Source of the DNA: the human T2T-CHM13v2.0 reference genome, Homo sapiens
NCBI RefSeq assembly: GCF_009914755.1
Contig: NC_060930.1
Direction: 5' to 3' (one strand)
Length of the DNA stretch: 64,000 nucleotides
Shown: positions 1 to 14,454 of the stretch, piece by piece
How the letters are laid out: each line of letters starts with the position of its first letter
How positions within the stretch are numbered: position 1 is the first letter of the stretch
Made by a program: the position numbers and the translations under genes
Notes under the pieces: generated by a model
The model's input: only the letters and a program-made list of their open reading frames with translations
Told to the model about the DNA's origin: nothing
Databases searched by the model: none

Positions 1-246
1 ACAGATGATGAATTCAAGCCAGATTAGCAGCAAAGTGTTCCTAGACTTGATGGTTTTTCTGAGCTTCCTAAATTACTTTTGCCTGGAAGAAAAAGAAGAA
101 GGCTTAGAGTCTGGGAATCCTCCTGCTTCTGTCCGCCCTGACCACAGGCACAAGATCCCCCAGGCACACCCTGGTGGATTGTGCTGCCACTTCATTTCCT
201 TGCTGCTGACTCTGACCTCAGCTCTTAATATGGAATGTCCTATAGA

Positions 247-377
247 AGCTACTCGGGAGGCTGAGGCAGGAGAATCTCTTGACCTAGGAGGCGGAGGTTG
301 CAGTGAGCCGTGATCATGCCACTGCATTTCAGGCTGGGTGACAGAGCGAGGCTCCTTTTCAAAAATAAAAGAAGAAA
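247..377 (+). mobile_element. Alu, 5'-truncated (right arm only)
   Basis: agctactcgggaggctgaggcaggagaat...gcagtgagccg...A-rich tail. Confidence 0.92.
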
Positions 378-1429
378 TGACAGGTTGGTTGTTTAGAAAT
401 AAACCCAACCAAAGGCTCAAAGAGGACCAGAGGATAGAATTCCCCTTCTTAAGGAAATTAGTGAAGTTAAAGTTGAACCCAGCACAAAGTAGGTGGTAAA
501 AAAATGTTAGGCCATTTTCTCCCAGCCCCTGCCGCCACTGACTTGGGGCTGCAGGGCAGAAACAGAGCCACAGAGCCATTCTGCATCTGCTCTCTAAGCT
601 CTCCTGTAACTTTTATCTTAATAAAGAAAACACAGACAGTCAATTTGAGTCCTCCAGTGTGTATTTGTACTGCCTTTCCATTGGGAAATTCTCCCCACTG
701 TTGAAGGGTTGTTGCTGAGGCCCCGTTGGACTGAGACAGTTAAACAGGATGGAACATGCAGGAAGGACGGCGGGGAACAAATCAGCATCATGAGGATGAA
801 TTCGAGGAACCAACTGGTTTCTTCATCACTTGCCCAGTGGTTCCATGACATTTCACACTCAAGGTCACATAAGGAAAAATATTTCCTCCAAAGTCCCCTA
901 GACTTTGTCTTTAATGTACTTTGAGGCAAGCACTTACATGAGAAGGAACAGGAGCAGAAAACTCTTTGTCCTTTTATTCTCATGCTTTTGGCTTCTCTGA
1001 CTTCAACCTGCAGAGGGCACTGATCCTCAAAGAACCGGAAGACCTAGGCCTGGCATTGCAGAAGGCCAGCTGTTCACCCTGCAGGGAGGGGAAATCCTGA
1101 GCAGTTCTCTGCGAATAATTTATATGATGGAATTTAACCAGAGACCTTATGAGCATTTATAAATGGAGTCTTTTCCTCCATATATTATAAGGAAGCTCCC
1201 AAACCATGGCTCATGCTGTTCATTCCTTCCCTTTAGAGATGTTTTCCCCACCATCCTATCATTAGCACTATGCCTCTAATAGACTTTCTCTGGAAACTAA
1301 CCCAATATTTCCTGGTTACGTTCAGTATCTGAGTAACATCAGAAAGCTGAGAGAAATCTGGGACCCAGGAGCCAGTCCAGAGATTTTCAAGGTCATCAGG
1401 AGGTGATGCTACATGTTACCAAACACGGA

Positions 1430-1635
1430 CATGAGTTTACAGACTAAAAACCTGATTTGACATCCCACCTCTGTTTCTTATGACCTTGGGCAAGTTATAC
1501 AACCACACTGCAAGCTTACCTGTAAATGGAAATTATAATTAATCTTGTAATATTGTGGCATGTCATCATTTCATTTGGGTATGTAAAAAGGTAGCATTGT
1601 ACCTAGCACAAAATAAGTGCTTTGTAAAGCTAGTT
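1430..1635 (+). mobile_element. MIR SINE fragment
   Basis: MIR core tgaccttgggcaagtta...ctgtaaatgg and 3' end acctagcacaaaataagtgct. Confidence 0.75.
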
Positions 1636-2609
1636 CTTTTTTTTGCCATCCTTCTCTCTATCTTTAATGATACTATACAGGATGGCATGATTTCTAGGCG
1701 AAACTTTCTAAAGAAGTTTCACCACTTTCTTGAATTCAATATTTGCCCCCCTAAAAAATAAATTTTTTTCATTTGTCTGGCATTCCCTCAAACAACAAGG
1801 AAGAGTAAAGGCCACTTCAGAGTCAGAAAGTTAGCTAACCAAGAAGCCCTAGGGCTCTCTTCACTCTTGTAACTCTGATTCCTACAGAATTGCGGGGAGT
1901 GGGTAGAGTCTCCAGGCCAGATCAGTCTATGGGGGATGAGTGTGGAAACTAAACTTAGCAGGAAACTCTCCTATAATGTGAGATCCCCCAACCCCATGCC
2001 TACTTCAAGTGCCTAATGTATTTCAAGGATGATACAAAAAGCCAAGCTTCATAATGAATCAAGAAAGTTCAGAAACAAATCTCAAGTAAATGTGCCCTCT
2101 TCGTATCCCGAGATGCTCCCCAATGAGTCACTGAGCTAATCTCATGGAGCAGGTCCAGTTCTAAATCTTGAGATTGCTAGATCCTTGCCCTCAATTATCT
2201 TTCTGTCTAACAAGGGAGACAAGGAATAAACAAGCAATTACAACATAGTGAAATAAGCACGGTGCATTTTGAGCCAAGTGTCAGATGTCTAGGACTAAAA
2301 TTGTAAGAGATGGGGATCTGGGCTATGTTGAAGACGGCTTACATCCTTCATCACTTGCCGTATTTGGATGCCAAGATGACTTGTGGTGTTGCAATTCCCT
2401 GCCTGTCTTATCATGCAACTTCTGTGCCGCAACTTATTTGTAGTAAGCAAGGGCTAGAAATTAAGCTTAGGATAACACAGGGATAGATGTAACCAGAACC
2501 TGAATCATAGAATAATGTGAAGAAAAAATAGTTTAATCTTTTTTTCAATGTGGCTTTAGAATTTCTGAGGCTGCCGTACTAAATCGGAGGTATTTTTAAA
2601 ACCTGGCAT

Positions 2610-2717
2610 TTATCAATCATCCCAGTTTGCCTGGAACTGTCCCAGTTCTAGCACTGAAATGTTCATGTCCTGGGAAATTGCTCAGTCCAGAACAAATAGA
2701 ACAGTTGGTCATCCTAG
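2610..2717. mobile_element. MER81/MER94-like hAT-Blackjack MITE
   Basis: cccagtttgcctggaactgtcccagttctagcactgaaa...gttggtcatccta resembles recalled consensus and its TIR. Confidence 0.75.
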
Positions 2718-3029
2718 CTCTGTTCTGGGCATAGAAGCACCAGCAGAGCACAGAGAAAATGTACCATCCTAGTGCTAAGGCCTGAATCAAGAATGTCTAA
2801 AATCATAAACACTCGATCTACAAGGCCCACGTTGCTTTCTGAGTATGAATGGGAAGATATGTAATATTTAACAAATACATTGGTAAGTCATGAATGAATA
2901 CGAAACTACAAGAGTACAAGAAATTGTGTTTTTTTGTTCTTGACAAAATTGCCTGGAACATAGGCTCCCAAGTTTCCAAGAGTGAGTGGAATTTACGTTT
3001 TCCTTGGTAGGCTTAACAAGAGAGCAAAA

Positions 3030-3250
3030 AGGCTAATAGCATAGGCATTGAGAGAAGACAGATCTAGCTTCAAATCATGGCTTTATTGCTTACATGCTGT
3101 GTGACCCAAGGTAAATTTCTTAATCTTTCTTTACATTAATTTGCTTTTCTTTAAAATAATAACACCTACTTTGAAATGTTGTTCTACAAATTCAAATAAA
3201 ATTATCACAATGTATGGAATATAATGAGTACTCAAGAAATATTAACTACT
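3030..3250 (+). mobile_element. MIR SINE
   Basis: ttcaaatc...gctgtgtgacccaaggtaaatttcttaatct core; tail gtactcaagaaatatta. Confidence 0.7.
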
Positions 3251-3334
3251 ATCAAAAAACAAAATCAAAAACAAAACCTGGCATTTTGTTGTCCCTGGGG
3301 GTACCAAGTAGAGACAATAAGGAGCCTTAGCTCA

Positions 3335-3636
<302 letters not shown>

Positions 3637-3759
3637 GAGTTACACAGTTCAGGAAAACAATTTTGTTATGAAATATTAGTAATACATATTTAGACCTATT
3701 TCCAGTCCCATTTTATTTTCATATGTTCCCATGGCAGAAAAGGACCTTGGGCTGAATGT

Positions 3760-4163
3760 CTTCATTTGCTCCTCCAGATTCACCCTCCATCTTCCTTTGT
3801 TCTCTGTGCCTGGTAGGCTGGCCTATGTGGTCTCCAAGAATAGGCATTCTTGCCTTCTGGATTCTGGTTGGATTTGGCTTAAAACAGCTGGCTGTGTCTC
3901 TCAACTGAAGAGCAGAGGTCCTGTCAAGAGGCCTTCTACCCTCAGTCGTCTGTCTCCTGGTTCTGGGAACCCCATTTGCCTCCTGTCTTCACATTTAGGG
4001 ATGCTAATTGTTGCGGTGGGTTACCAGCCTCAGGGTTCTGCACCCTTCTATGAGGTTTCTCAACAGTCCAACCACCCATTTGTAAATCATCCCTTTGCGA
4101 ACTCTCCTCAAATTATCCAACAGGAAGTACCTTTTTTGTCCTGCTGGAACCCTGACTGACACA
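3760..4163 (+). mobile_element. LTR33-like ERVL solo LTR
   Basis: cttgccttctggattctggttggatttggc; tttgtaaatcatccc..aactctcctcaaattatcca; terminus accctgactgacaca. Confidence 0.75.
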
Positions 4164-4185
4164 GGCATCAAGAGAACATTTAGCT

Positions 4186-4383
4186 CAGTGATTTCTAAAC
4201 ACAGATCTGGGAACCAGTTCTGAAATGGCCACATCACGACCACTTAGGGAGCTTTTGAAAAATGCAGATTTCTGGATCTCACGGCTAGAGTACTGATTTC
4301 ATGGGTCTTGGGTGAGGCCCCAAAATCTACTTCTTATGCCTCCCCTGCTATTTCTCATGCACGGCCAGATCTGGGAAGCATTC
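4186..4383. mobile_element. MER5-family hAT-Charlie MITE
   Basis: cagtgatttctaaac ... gggagcttttgaaaatgcagatttctgg ... tgggaagca. Confidence 0.7.
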
Positions 4384-4504
4384 CCTGCTGAGGCCCCTAA
4401 TGGGTCCTCCTTCTCCATCAGTGCCTTTTGTTCTTGGTTCACATTTCACATTTCATGATCTCATTATGGTTACAGACAAAAAAATACAGCATATACAAAC
4501 ACTA

Positions 4505-4630
4505 TAGATGTCCTTGTGAAGGTCACCTCCAGAAGAGTAGGCATTTTGAGTTGCTTTTTTCAGGCCTACAACACTGCCTGGCACATAGTTGCTACTCAGA
4601 GAATATTTGTTAAGTGAAAGCTGGATGAAT
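4505..4630 (+). mobile_element. L2 LINE 3' end
   Basis: cactgcctggcacatagttgctactcagagaatatttgttaagtgaa. Confidence 0.7.
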
Positions 4631-5337
4631 AATTTATTAAGAACATTTACAGGACTTTAAGGTTTGGATTAGTTCAAATTTATGACTTCAAGGAGGGTAT
4701 AACCTAAGCTCAATATTTGATTGAGATCCAAACAATAGAGAAAGTTGAATTCATCACTGAAGCTGATAATGGGCATAATTTCAAACTAGTAGCTTTCCTG
4801 GAATTTTCCCCCATCTGTCCTTCAAAGCCTGGTGTACATGGCAGTAGAAAGGGTGGCTCATGCTAAAAGCCAGGGAGCTATTGTAGCTGTCAGTCAAACT
4901 TTCTAGCCGAAACCCCAATTGTATCTTTCCCCTGGTCTGTACTATTATAAACATTTTGAGTACTTATGGTGCCACTAGTAACCCAGAGGTTGCTGCACGT
5001 TTTCAAATTGAGTGTTCTCCTGGAAAATAAAACCTATAGTCAGGCAGATCCTTCCGATCCCCTCCTATCCCCAACTATCTCTAATTGCCTGCAGGAACTT
5101 GTCCCTTCTCTTTGTTTTCCACTTTCCTCATCTTTTAAATGAGTTGTTAACAAAATCATTTCTTGGCTTACATTTTTCTGACAACCAACAGCAGTAAAAT
5201 ATCTAGCTAATTGACCCCTTTTCCTGCTAAGACTCAATTTACTTGAATAAATTTGGTTGGAAAGCATTCTAGGGTAGAAACAAACTTCTCTGACTCTTAC
5301 ATAGGTCATACTGATCCTACCCTTCATCAACATCTTT

Positions 5338-5666
<329 letters not shown>

Positions 5667-5701
5667 CATCAACATCTTTTCTAGAGATCGTTTAAAAGTC
5701 A

Positions 5702-6019
<318 letters not shown>

Positions 6020-6739
6020 TTATGGTATTTTAAACCCACTGACTGCCTAAGGGCCAATAAGGCATATAGGACTGCTTTCTCTTTTCATAATTGGCCCCAA
6101 TCTGATTCTTCTCTCTGCTCTTTCTAGCTTTTCTGTTACCTCCATTGGTAGTCACGGCTTGCAGTTGTCAAGGTTACTCCTAAAGGTAAAGCTGCCAAAT
6201 AAGAGTTTTCTGTGTAGGTAAGGGCTCACTTAGGGCTTTGATACAAACATATATATCTTCCCTGAGTTATGCAGGAGCTGATGTGAGAGGAATCGTCACA
6301 ATTTGAGAAAGGTGAAAGAACGTGTGAGTTCTAGGAATTCACAATAAACTGATAATTCATCAGTTGTCTAAAAATATTTTTAAAGACTTGAATAAAGGAT
6401 TAAGAAATTTATGCTATTTAACTTAGAAATAAGTCTGAGGAATGACTAGATCTTGCTTTTCAAATATTTAATGCTTTTAGAATAAGAGAGAAGCAATACT
6501 CATTGATGAGACATGTCCCCTGAGTGCGGGAGGAAAGGAAGCAAATGGGAGGGGAGCAGAAATGCCATCTATGCAGCAGGGCATGGCTAAAAGGGCTCAT
6601 GGGCTGCTCAGACTCTCAACAAGGAGGAATCTGGCACCTCAGGGAATAGGGCTCAGATGGGGCTGAGCACGTGTAGATTGGCTGAAGGTCTCCACAGAGA
6701 GAAGCGGGGTTTTCAGGCCCTCCCCATCTCTTCCACTTG

Positions 6740-7145
6740 CCATTCCCCTTCCCCATCTATTCATTGCTTATCTCCATCCTCCTCCAGTCCCAGGTAGACT
6801 GACCTCTAAGTGCAGATCTCCTGGGTTTCTTTGCTCTTTGACCCTAGTTGGATTAGCCAGTGTGAGGGACCATCAAGAGATTGGAGGGTGGGAGTAGAGA
6901 GAAGTCCAGCCCTTCATTCTGCTATCTTCCTGTGGCTTCTTCACAGTTTAGCTGCGTCCCTCTGTCACTATTACTCCTCTCCAGAGCATGGATCTTGCTC
7001 TCAAGAGGCTCCAATAACATGCTGTCTCCCCTTGTCCCTTCAACCCTGGAGACAGTGATGGCTTCCTACAGCTGCTGGTCCCTCGGGGCTTCACCCTTGC
7101 TTGCTGATGCCCTCAATCCTGCCCTCTTCATTAAACTTTCCTCAG
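6740..7145 (+). mobile_element. LTR33-like ERVL solo LTR (second copy)
   Basis: caggtagactgacct...agttggattagccag...gctgcgtccctct...ccccttgtcccttca...ttcattaaactttcctca. Confidence 0.7.
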
Positions 7146-7249
7146 GATTAAAAAAAAAAAGTGCTTTTGGGAGAATATGCAGCTCAGATGAGAGAAAAGG
7201 AGAGTTAGAATGGATGAAGAAAGAAAGAATGACTATGAAGGTTGCTTGA

Positions 7250-7396
7250 AATGCCCTTCTGAGGGAGTTATAGAATCACCAGGACTTGCAATCTCTAAAA
7301 TTAGGATGACTTACTAAATTTACATGCACTCCTGCCTAAGGACAGGGGGATGGACGCTATGGATTCTCAAATTTCCTTCTAATTTTATGATTCTAT
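7250..7396 (+). mobile_element. L3/CR1 (or MIR3) 3' end
   Basis: ggggatggac...ttccttctaattttatgattctat terminus typical of CR1-derived tails. Confidence 0.55.
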
Positions 7397-8606
7397 TTTC
7401 CCATACTCCTCTTCCTACTTTAAACATGCTTGAGCTATGTTACCCATCGGTTCCCAATTAGATCTAATGTCCTTCAAAGCTTCGTTCTTTTAGGAGTGTT
7501 ACAGAGAAGTGAAACTGTCTACTGTCTAGGAGAAACGGAAATTTGGGGTTTTTAATACATAGTGTGAGTTCTGGCCTTTGGAAGTCCTTGTGCCCTGAAA
7601 CGACCAGACTCAGTTATCACAGCACCAGTCCCGGCAGCATCTGAGGCACTCCTTTGCATTATGCAATAAGGAAATATGAAACATCAGGAAGCAAACGAGC
7701 TGAAAGCCAGGGTTTAGGAAAGTACCTAATATCTTCCAACAGATCTCAAGTGGACATACTTACACATGAAGAAGCATAGGCATCTTGGGTTAAGTTTGGG
7801 AAGCTGAGGTTTAAATCTCATCTCCTTTACCAATAAATCCAAGTGCATTTTTTTCACTTCTCAATGTCATACTTCCCTTTATGAAACATGGGACTATTAT
7901 TCCTTGATTTTATGTTTCTATCTCAAAAGCCAGCATTCAAGCAGTGAAATATGAAATGACCGTCCTTTGGCTGCCTAGAATTGGTCAGGCAAGGTAATTG
8001 CTGTTAAAGAAAAAGGGTCCTCCCATAATTCCCAGGAGCCCCTACTTTCCCCTGTGTTAAGGCCCTCTCTTAACTTAGTCATCACTCCACCCAACCCTTG
8101 AGGAGGAGGCATCAAACAAATGATTCAAAACATTTTCTTTCAAAAATAATAATAAAACTGACAATGCCTTTCTTTCATGCCACAACAGGGCAATCTTTAC
8201 TGCCAGGGAGAAAGACAGCTTGCTACCTGCACGAATTGGCAAATGGGGCCCATTGCCATGGGAGAAGTTTGTATTTGGTGCCCCACTGGCTGAGAGAAGA
8301 CAAATATATCCTTGGAGAAACTGTTTGGTTTAATTACCCAAGAGTCAATCTAGCCAAAACTGCTTGCATTTAGCAATTTTTGTTGATTATATTTCTCTCA
8401 GTAAACATCAGGTGACAGGAGACAGCAATGAAGAAAGCCAACTTTAGGGTTAAGGGAGGCAAAAAAAGAATTTTTTATAAGCATTAAAAAAAAACCCAAC
8501 TCACTCCTCCATTTTCACAAATATACTAGTTTAAGACTGATCTGCCAATTTCAGGTGTAGCTGACATTGAATATCTGTGGTCTGATATCCAATTAGGACA
8601 TAACAA

Positions 8607-8790
8607 TTATAGAATTTTGGAGCTTCAAGAAACTTCAGAGATCATGAGTCTAACTCCTTTCTACAGATGAAGAAACAGACTTAGGGTCTGTTTATTTCTC
8701 AGTGTTTCTAAAGTGGCTTGCTGAATATTCAAGAAACTGAGTAAAGGTTAGAACGAGGGTCTTTCAGCTCACAGTGCAGTGCCCTTTTTC
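8607..8790 (-). mobile_element. MIR3-like SINE
   Basis: atagaattttggagc...gagatcat..gtctaactcc..tacagatgaagaaacagac. Confidence 0.6.
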
Positions 8791-9489
8791 ACAATTCATT
8801 CAAGGGCCATTTTTGGCTAATGCCTTAAATGATGGGAACCAGGCTTTGAACTAGATCCACTTATTGAAAGGAGGGAGCCCTGGAATACCAGTTTTTATAA
8901 GAACCTTCCATGGAAGCTTCAGAATCATTTTGTACCCATGGGGTCCCCACTACCATGTGAGGGCATACTTGTCTTCTTTGCCAGGCCCAGCAAAATGTTG
9001 AAATGTATCTTGGGGGGGAACTAAATGCCCATGCTTTTGATGGCAATTCAGACTCCCCATCCTCCCACAACAACACCCCTGCCAGCCCTGGTGTACTGGC
9101 TCCAAACACTTTCACACAGTCCCCTTTGAGACAGCCCATGCCTCGAGTTGTCACAGCCATCCCCAACGGCTCAAGAGAAGAAGCCAAGACACCAGGTATC
9201 TTTGGTCTCCGTAATTACCCGCCGTGCACTGACAGGACAGGAAAGGATTCGCCATTAAAAGCCGCGTTTTAAAACAGAAATGAAGCTCATATTTCAGGAG
9301 AAAGAAGGAGTTCCGTTTCAGAGTTGGTTAGAATGAGATGCTAAAGGACATTGAAATGGAAATTTCAACAGACCACTAGAGATGCATAACTGCAGCTTGA
9401 GAGAGGAGTAAGGGCTGGAGACCCAGAGGGGAAGTCGTCCACAGCAGGGGATCAGTTGAGACTCTGAGGTGTTCATGGCCCAGAGGCAG

Positions 9490-9720
9490 CAGCAACAATG
9501 AGGCTTTGGAGCTAGATTACTCATGGATTCAAATTCTGGCAGCACTATTTACTTGGCATATGATTTTAGACAAAGTACTTAACCCCTCTCTGCCCCAGTT
9601 TTCTCATCTGTAAAATGGAGATAGTAATAGGACTTTACTTTTGAAGATTAAAGGAGTGAAAGCACATAAAGTTAAGCTAGAGGAGTGCCTGGCACATATA
9701 AATGTTAGCTAGTACGTTTC
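9490..9720 (+). mobile_element. MIR SINE
   Basis: ggctttggagctaga...ttcaaattctggc...cttaacccctctctgccccagttttctcatctgtaaaatggagatagtaatag. Confidence 0.88.
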
Positions 9721-9850
9721 TCTTGTTAGTCTCAATATTAAAAGTTTTCAGTGGTTCTCAGGTCCCTCAGGGCAAAATTCAAATTCTTTTGCAGGATCTC
9801 TCTGTCCAACATTATGCCTTATTCTCAAGCCTCCTTCTCTGCTATTTGTC

Positions 9851-10311
9851 TGTTAGGGGTCAAATTGTGTCTTCCAAAATTCATACGTTGAAATCCTAAC
9901 CACCAGTACTTCAGAATGTGACCTTATTTGGAAATAAGGCCATTGCAGATGTAATTAGCTAAGGTGAGGTCATACTGGAGTTGGATAGGCCCTTAATCCA
10001 ATATGACTGGTGTCCTCGTGAAAAAGGGAGATTTGGAACAGACACACACAGGGATAATGCCATGTGAATATAAAGGCAGAGGTTGGGTGATAGGTCTGCA
10101 AGTTAAGGAACAACAAACATTGCCAGAAATCCACCAGAAACTCGGAGAGAGGCATGGAACAGATTCCCCCTTACAGTCCTCAGAAGGAACCAACTCTACT
10201 GATACCTTGATCTAAGACTTCCAACCACCAAAACAGTGAAACAATACATTTTGTTGTCTAAGCTACCCAGCTTGTGGTATTTTGTTATGGCAACCTGAGT
10301 AGATAAAAACA
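9851..10311 (+). mobile_element. MLT1C/MLT1B-like MaLR solo LTR
   Basis: TG..CA termini; aattcatacgttgaaatcctaac, gaatgtgaccttatttggaaat, tggtattttgttatggca. Confidence 0.9.
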
Positions 10312-10975
10312 GTGCCTGTCCCTCCCCCATGCAGCTACAGGGTATGCCACCCCCCTCCCCGCCCCCCCTGCCATACCTCCATGCCTTGGCACTGGCTGAT
10401 TTCTTTGCATGGAATGCACCCCACCCCACCCCTTTGTCTGGCTTGACAAACTGCTGCTTGTCCTTTGAGATTTAGCTTAAGCATCTTTTCTTCTGTGACT
10501 CTTTCACAGAACTTCCCTTCCCAAAGCAAAATTGATCTCTTCCTCCTCCACCATGACCAACCAGGACTTACACATTCCTCTCATAGCACAAGCATGTGGA
10601 ATTGCTGTGACTGGCCAGTACTGCCTTTGCCTGTAGATAAGATCAGGTGCGTCCAGGATGGTATGGCCGTAGATTGCCTTTGCCTTTAGATCAATGTTCT
10701 CAACCTTCCCTGCATACTCATTAGAGTCAACTAGCCTGATTTTTTTTGGTCAGATCCTACCCCTGAGATTCTGATCAGGTGGTCTGGGGTGGCGCTCTGG
10801 CAACAGTATCAAAGGCTATCATGTATTTCTAATGTGCAATTGAGGATAAGGACAGCTGTATTAGACAGTGCTTCCAAAGGACAGGGTTTCAGCCTTATTC
10901 TTTGATCTCTTATCACCCTGAACAGTGGCTGGCCATGAGTGAGCACTTAACAAATGTTGGTTGAGCTGGATAAAG
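10312..10975 (+). mobile_element. L2 3' region interrupted by a MER5A-like MITE (about 10690-10862)
   Basis: L2-like ttctttgcatggaatgcac..., tail gcacttaacaaatgttggttga; MER5 gttctcaacctt...gattctgat...ggtctggggtgg. Confidence 0.65.
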
Positions 10976-11156
10976 GAGCCCAGGTCCTCTGTCCATTTTC
11001 TCCTTCTACCCTGTCCTCTCCATATTTAACCCTTCACCTCTCCTCAACAAAACACCTGAAACGAGACTCGTGGACAAATGCTGTCTCGAGGTCTAGAGAA
11101 TTAGACTGTCTGAAATCAGCATAGGCTGGGGGAAGCAGAAGAATGTCAGTAGTCCC

Positions 11157-11578
<422 letters not shown>

Positions 11579-11944
11579 TGAATGTAGGACGTGGGCAAAT
11601 GGCTCATCAGCCCCGACTTCTACCCCCTCCATGCCTTTCCTTCCAGGATTTCAGAAAGGAAATGTAGTGCTGGCTTTATGTTTCCCCAGTGTTTTCAACC
11701 AACCACCCCTTTGTGAAAATGGAGTATGAAAAGATTTTGGAGCCCCAGTTTTTCCTTCTAGCATGTCAACATTTTTTCTCCCTTTCTCCTTCCTCTACAT
11801 AAATACTAAGATGAAAACAAATGATAAAGGGCTATTTGCTTTCTTTTTCCTGAGGATAAAATTAATATATGCTCCTTACACAAAGTTTAGAAAATAGTTT
11901 TTAAAGGTAATAAAAAGAGCCCTTGGTAATTCTGCCATGAAGAA

Positions 11945-12178
11945 TTTGGGGGCTGAGTTGGGAAGTTCACTTACGGCCAGGAGTTCGAGACCAGACTGGG
12001 CATCATAGTGAGACCCTGTCTCTACAAAAAAATAAAAAATAATTAACCAGGCATGGTGGCATGCACCAGTAGTCCCAGCTACCCACAAGATAGCTGCAAA
12101 GAGCTATGATCATGCCACTGTACTCTGGCTTGGGCAACAGAATGCAATCCTGTCTCAAAAAAAAAAAAAAAAACAAAA
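11945..12178 (+). mobile_element. AluJ, 5'-truncated with right-arm deletion
   Basis: ggccaggagttcgagaccag...atagtgagaccctgtctctac; gctatgatcatgccactg; A-tail. Confidence 0.88.
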
Positions 12179-12627
12179 GCAGAGAGAGAATTAACTGTTA
12201 AGGTTTTTGGTATGTTTTTATCATAAATTACATATCTATATAAGGAAAATATTTCTGTAAATATATGTAATGCATGTATAATGTTTCCGTAAATAATATA
12301 TGTAATGCAATTGTGTAAGAGAGAGAGGAGACAGAGAAAGGTAATGAAGCGTATATTGGCTATCTCTTGGTGGAGACATCTGTCCTCACACTGTGTTCAT
12401 TTGTTTTTTACATATCCAAAAAATAAAGACTCAGCCCTACAATGCTTTAGACAAAATATGTTCCTGAAGATTCTGAAGAGGAGATGGATGATGGTTTCCC
12501 CTAGCTATTGGAAGATAGGCACACATAGTGCAAAAGTATTCAAGGAGGATATAAAACTAAAAAAGAGCAAAATTATGTTCTTCTTCCTCTGAACTGGTCA
12601 TTAGGGAGGATTCTGTTTTAAGCTCTA

Positions 12628-12840
12628 GAAGAGGGTTTGGCGATCCACAGCCCACAGATCAAATCCAGCCACACTCATTCACTTCAGTATGTCTGCGGCT
12701 GCTCTCGCACTACAATAGCAAAATTGAATAGTTGTGACAGAGATGTGACAGAGACCATATGGTTCACAAAACCCAAAATACTTCCTATATTCAATATTAA
12801 ATATTACTGGTCCTTTACAGAAAAGATTTGCTGATCTCTG
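12628..12840. mobile_element. MER58A-like hAT-Charlie MITE
   Basis: cagcccacagatcaaatccagcc...agttgtgacagagaccatatgg...ggtcctttacagaaaagatttgctga. Confidence 0.85.
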
Positions 12841-13334
12841 ACCTAGAGAAATTTGTTCTAGTGCCAGGGACTCCAAAATTTGGAATTCCTATTTGTATTT
12901 TTCTTGTTGTGTGGTTGGTTGGTTTCTGCTGCTAGGGAGGAAACTTCATTCTTGGTGGAAGGGAGGAATGAGGGGAATCCCTACTATTCCCGGGGGGGTA
13001 GGAGGGTTTCCCTTGGAGTCTAAGAATTTGAGACTTAGTGAACAGTCTAAGGGTAGGAGGGCTTCCCTTGGAATATGAGACTTTGAGCCTTACTCTGTAA
13101 GAAGAGGAGGGAACAGGTTCTTTAGGATTAGATCATTAATAAACTTTCTCTACTATCACCCTACCCTCCACACCGCAAACCACAGAAATATCCCTTATCA
13201 ACATCCTATGGGGGTAAAAGTGGATTAAATTGTCCTAGAGCTAAATTAGGAACATTTCCAAAAAGTCAGAAAGCAAAGAAGATTTTACAAATTGCAAAGA
13301 CCCATAAGAAATTTATTTCGTGAAAACTAATGTA

Positions 13335-13550
13335 GTATGGTGGTAAAATGCTTTGGCTCTCAAGCCAGACAGACATAGATTTGAGTTCTACTAGCTGTGT
13401 GACCCCTGGAAACCTCAGCTTTATCTTCTGAAAAACTAGAATAATAGTAGCCTCCTCATAGGGTCGGTATGAGAGGTAGATTTGAAAATGCATGAAAAAG
13501 ATTTAGCACCGTGCCCAACACGTTAACGGAATTCAATAAATGCTTGCTGT
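13335..13550 (+). mobile_element. MIR SINE
   Basis: ctagctgtgtgacc...ataatagtagcctcctcatagggtcggtatgag...ttagcaccgtgcccaacac...tcaataaatg. Confidence 0.82.
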
Positions 13551-13693
13551 TATTTTGAAGACAGTTTTCTGGCTGATTCATGTACTAGGAGTGCTATAAT
13601 TGTAATTTCCTAAAAAGATTTTTAAAGTATTATTATTAATGGGCCTGACAATTTTTAGGCATTTAATAAATGATACCAATAAAGATCTATTTT

Positions 13694-13975
13694 GGCTGGG
13701 CGTGGTGGTTCATGCCTGTAATCCTGCACTTTGGGAGGCCAAGGGCAGGCAGATCACCAGAGCTCAGGAGTTCGAGACCAGCCTGGGCAACATGGTGAAA
13801 CCCCGTCTCTACTAAAATACAAAAATTACCCAGGCAAGTTGGCGCGTGCCTGTAGTCTGAGTTCAAGCAATTCTCCTGCCTCAGCCTCCTGAGTAGCTGG
13901 GACTACAAGGCAGAGGTTGCAATGAGCCAAGATTGCACCACTGCCCTCCAGCCTTCATGACCAAGTGAGACTCTG

Positions 13976-14006
<31 letters not shown>
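13694..14006 (+). mobile_element. AluS with internal ~50-bp inversion
   Basis: Full Alu, TSD aaagatctatttt/aaagatgtatttt; 13858-13907 is reverse-complemented relative to consensus. Confidence 0.93.
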
Positions 14007-14454
14007 GATGTATTTTATAGATTACTTTGGCTAATGGAGCATCTTTCAAACTTCTTTGGTTGAATCCATGAGAAGAAATATATTTTATAATGAAACTCAT
14101 CACATATGCTTGTGTGTGTGCCTGCGGTTATAGCTGAAAAAAAAAATGCCCATGAAATAGTACATAACCTTCCTACATGCAATGCACTTTGATATTTTCT
14201 ATTATATTTTTTAAATGGTGGTCATAATCTAATCAATTAATTTTAAAACCCACTAAAAGGTTAAGACCCACAGTTTCAAAAACATACAGCATGGGGCCAT
14301 CCAATTGAGCATCCTGTCCACATGATTGTCTCTTACTTCTAACACAACCATTCTTTGCCATTTTGAGACCTATAACACCTTTCATTGTCCTTTATTTTAT
14401 GTTTCTATGTCCTGGATCCTTAATTATATCTTTTGAAATAAAAACAAAGTTTTA

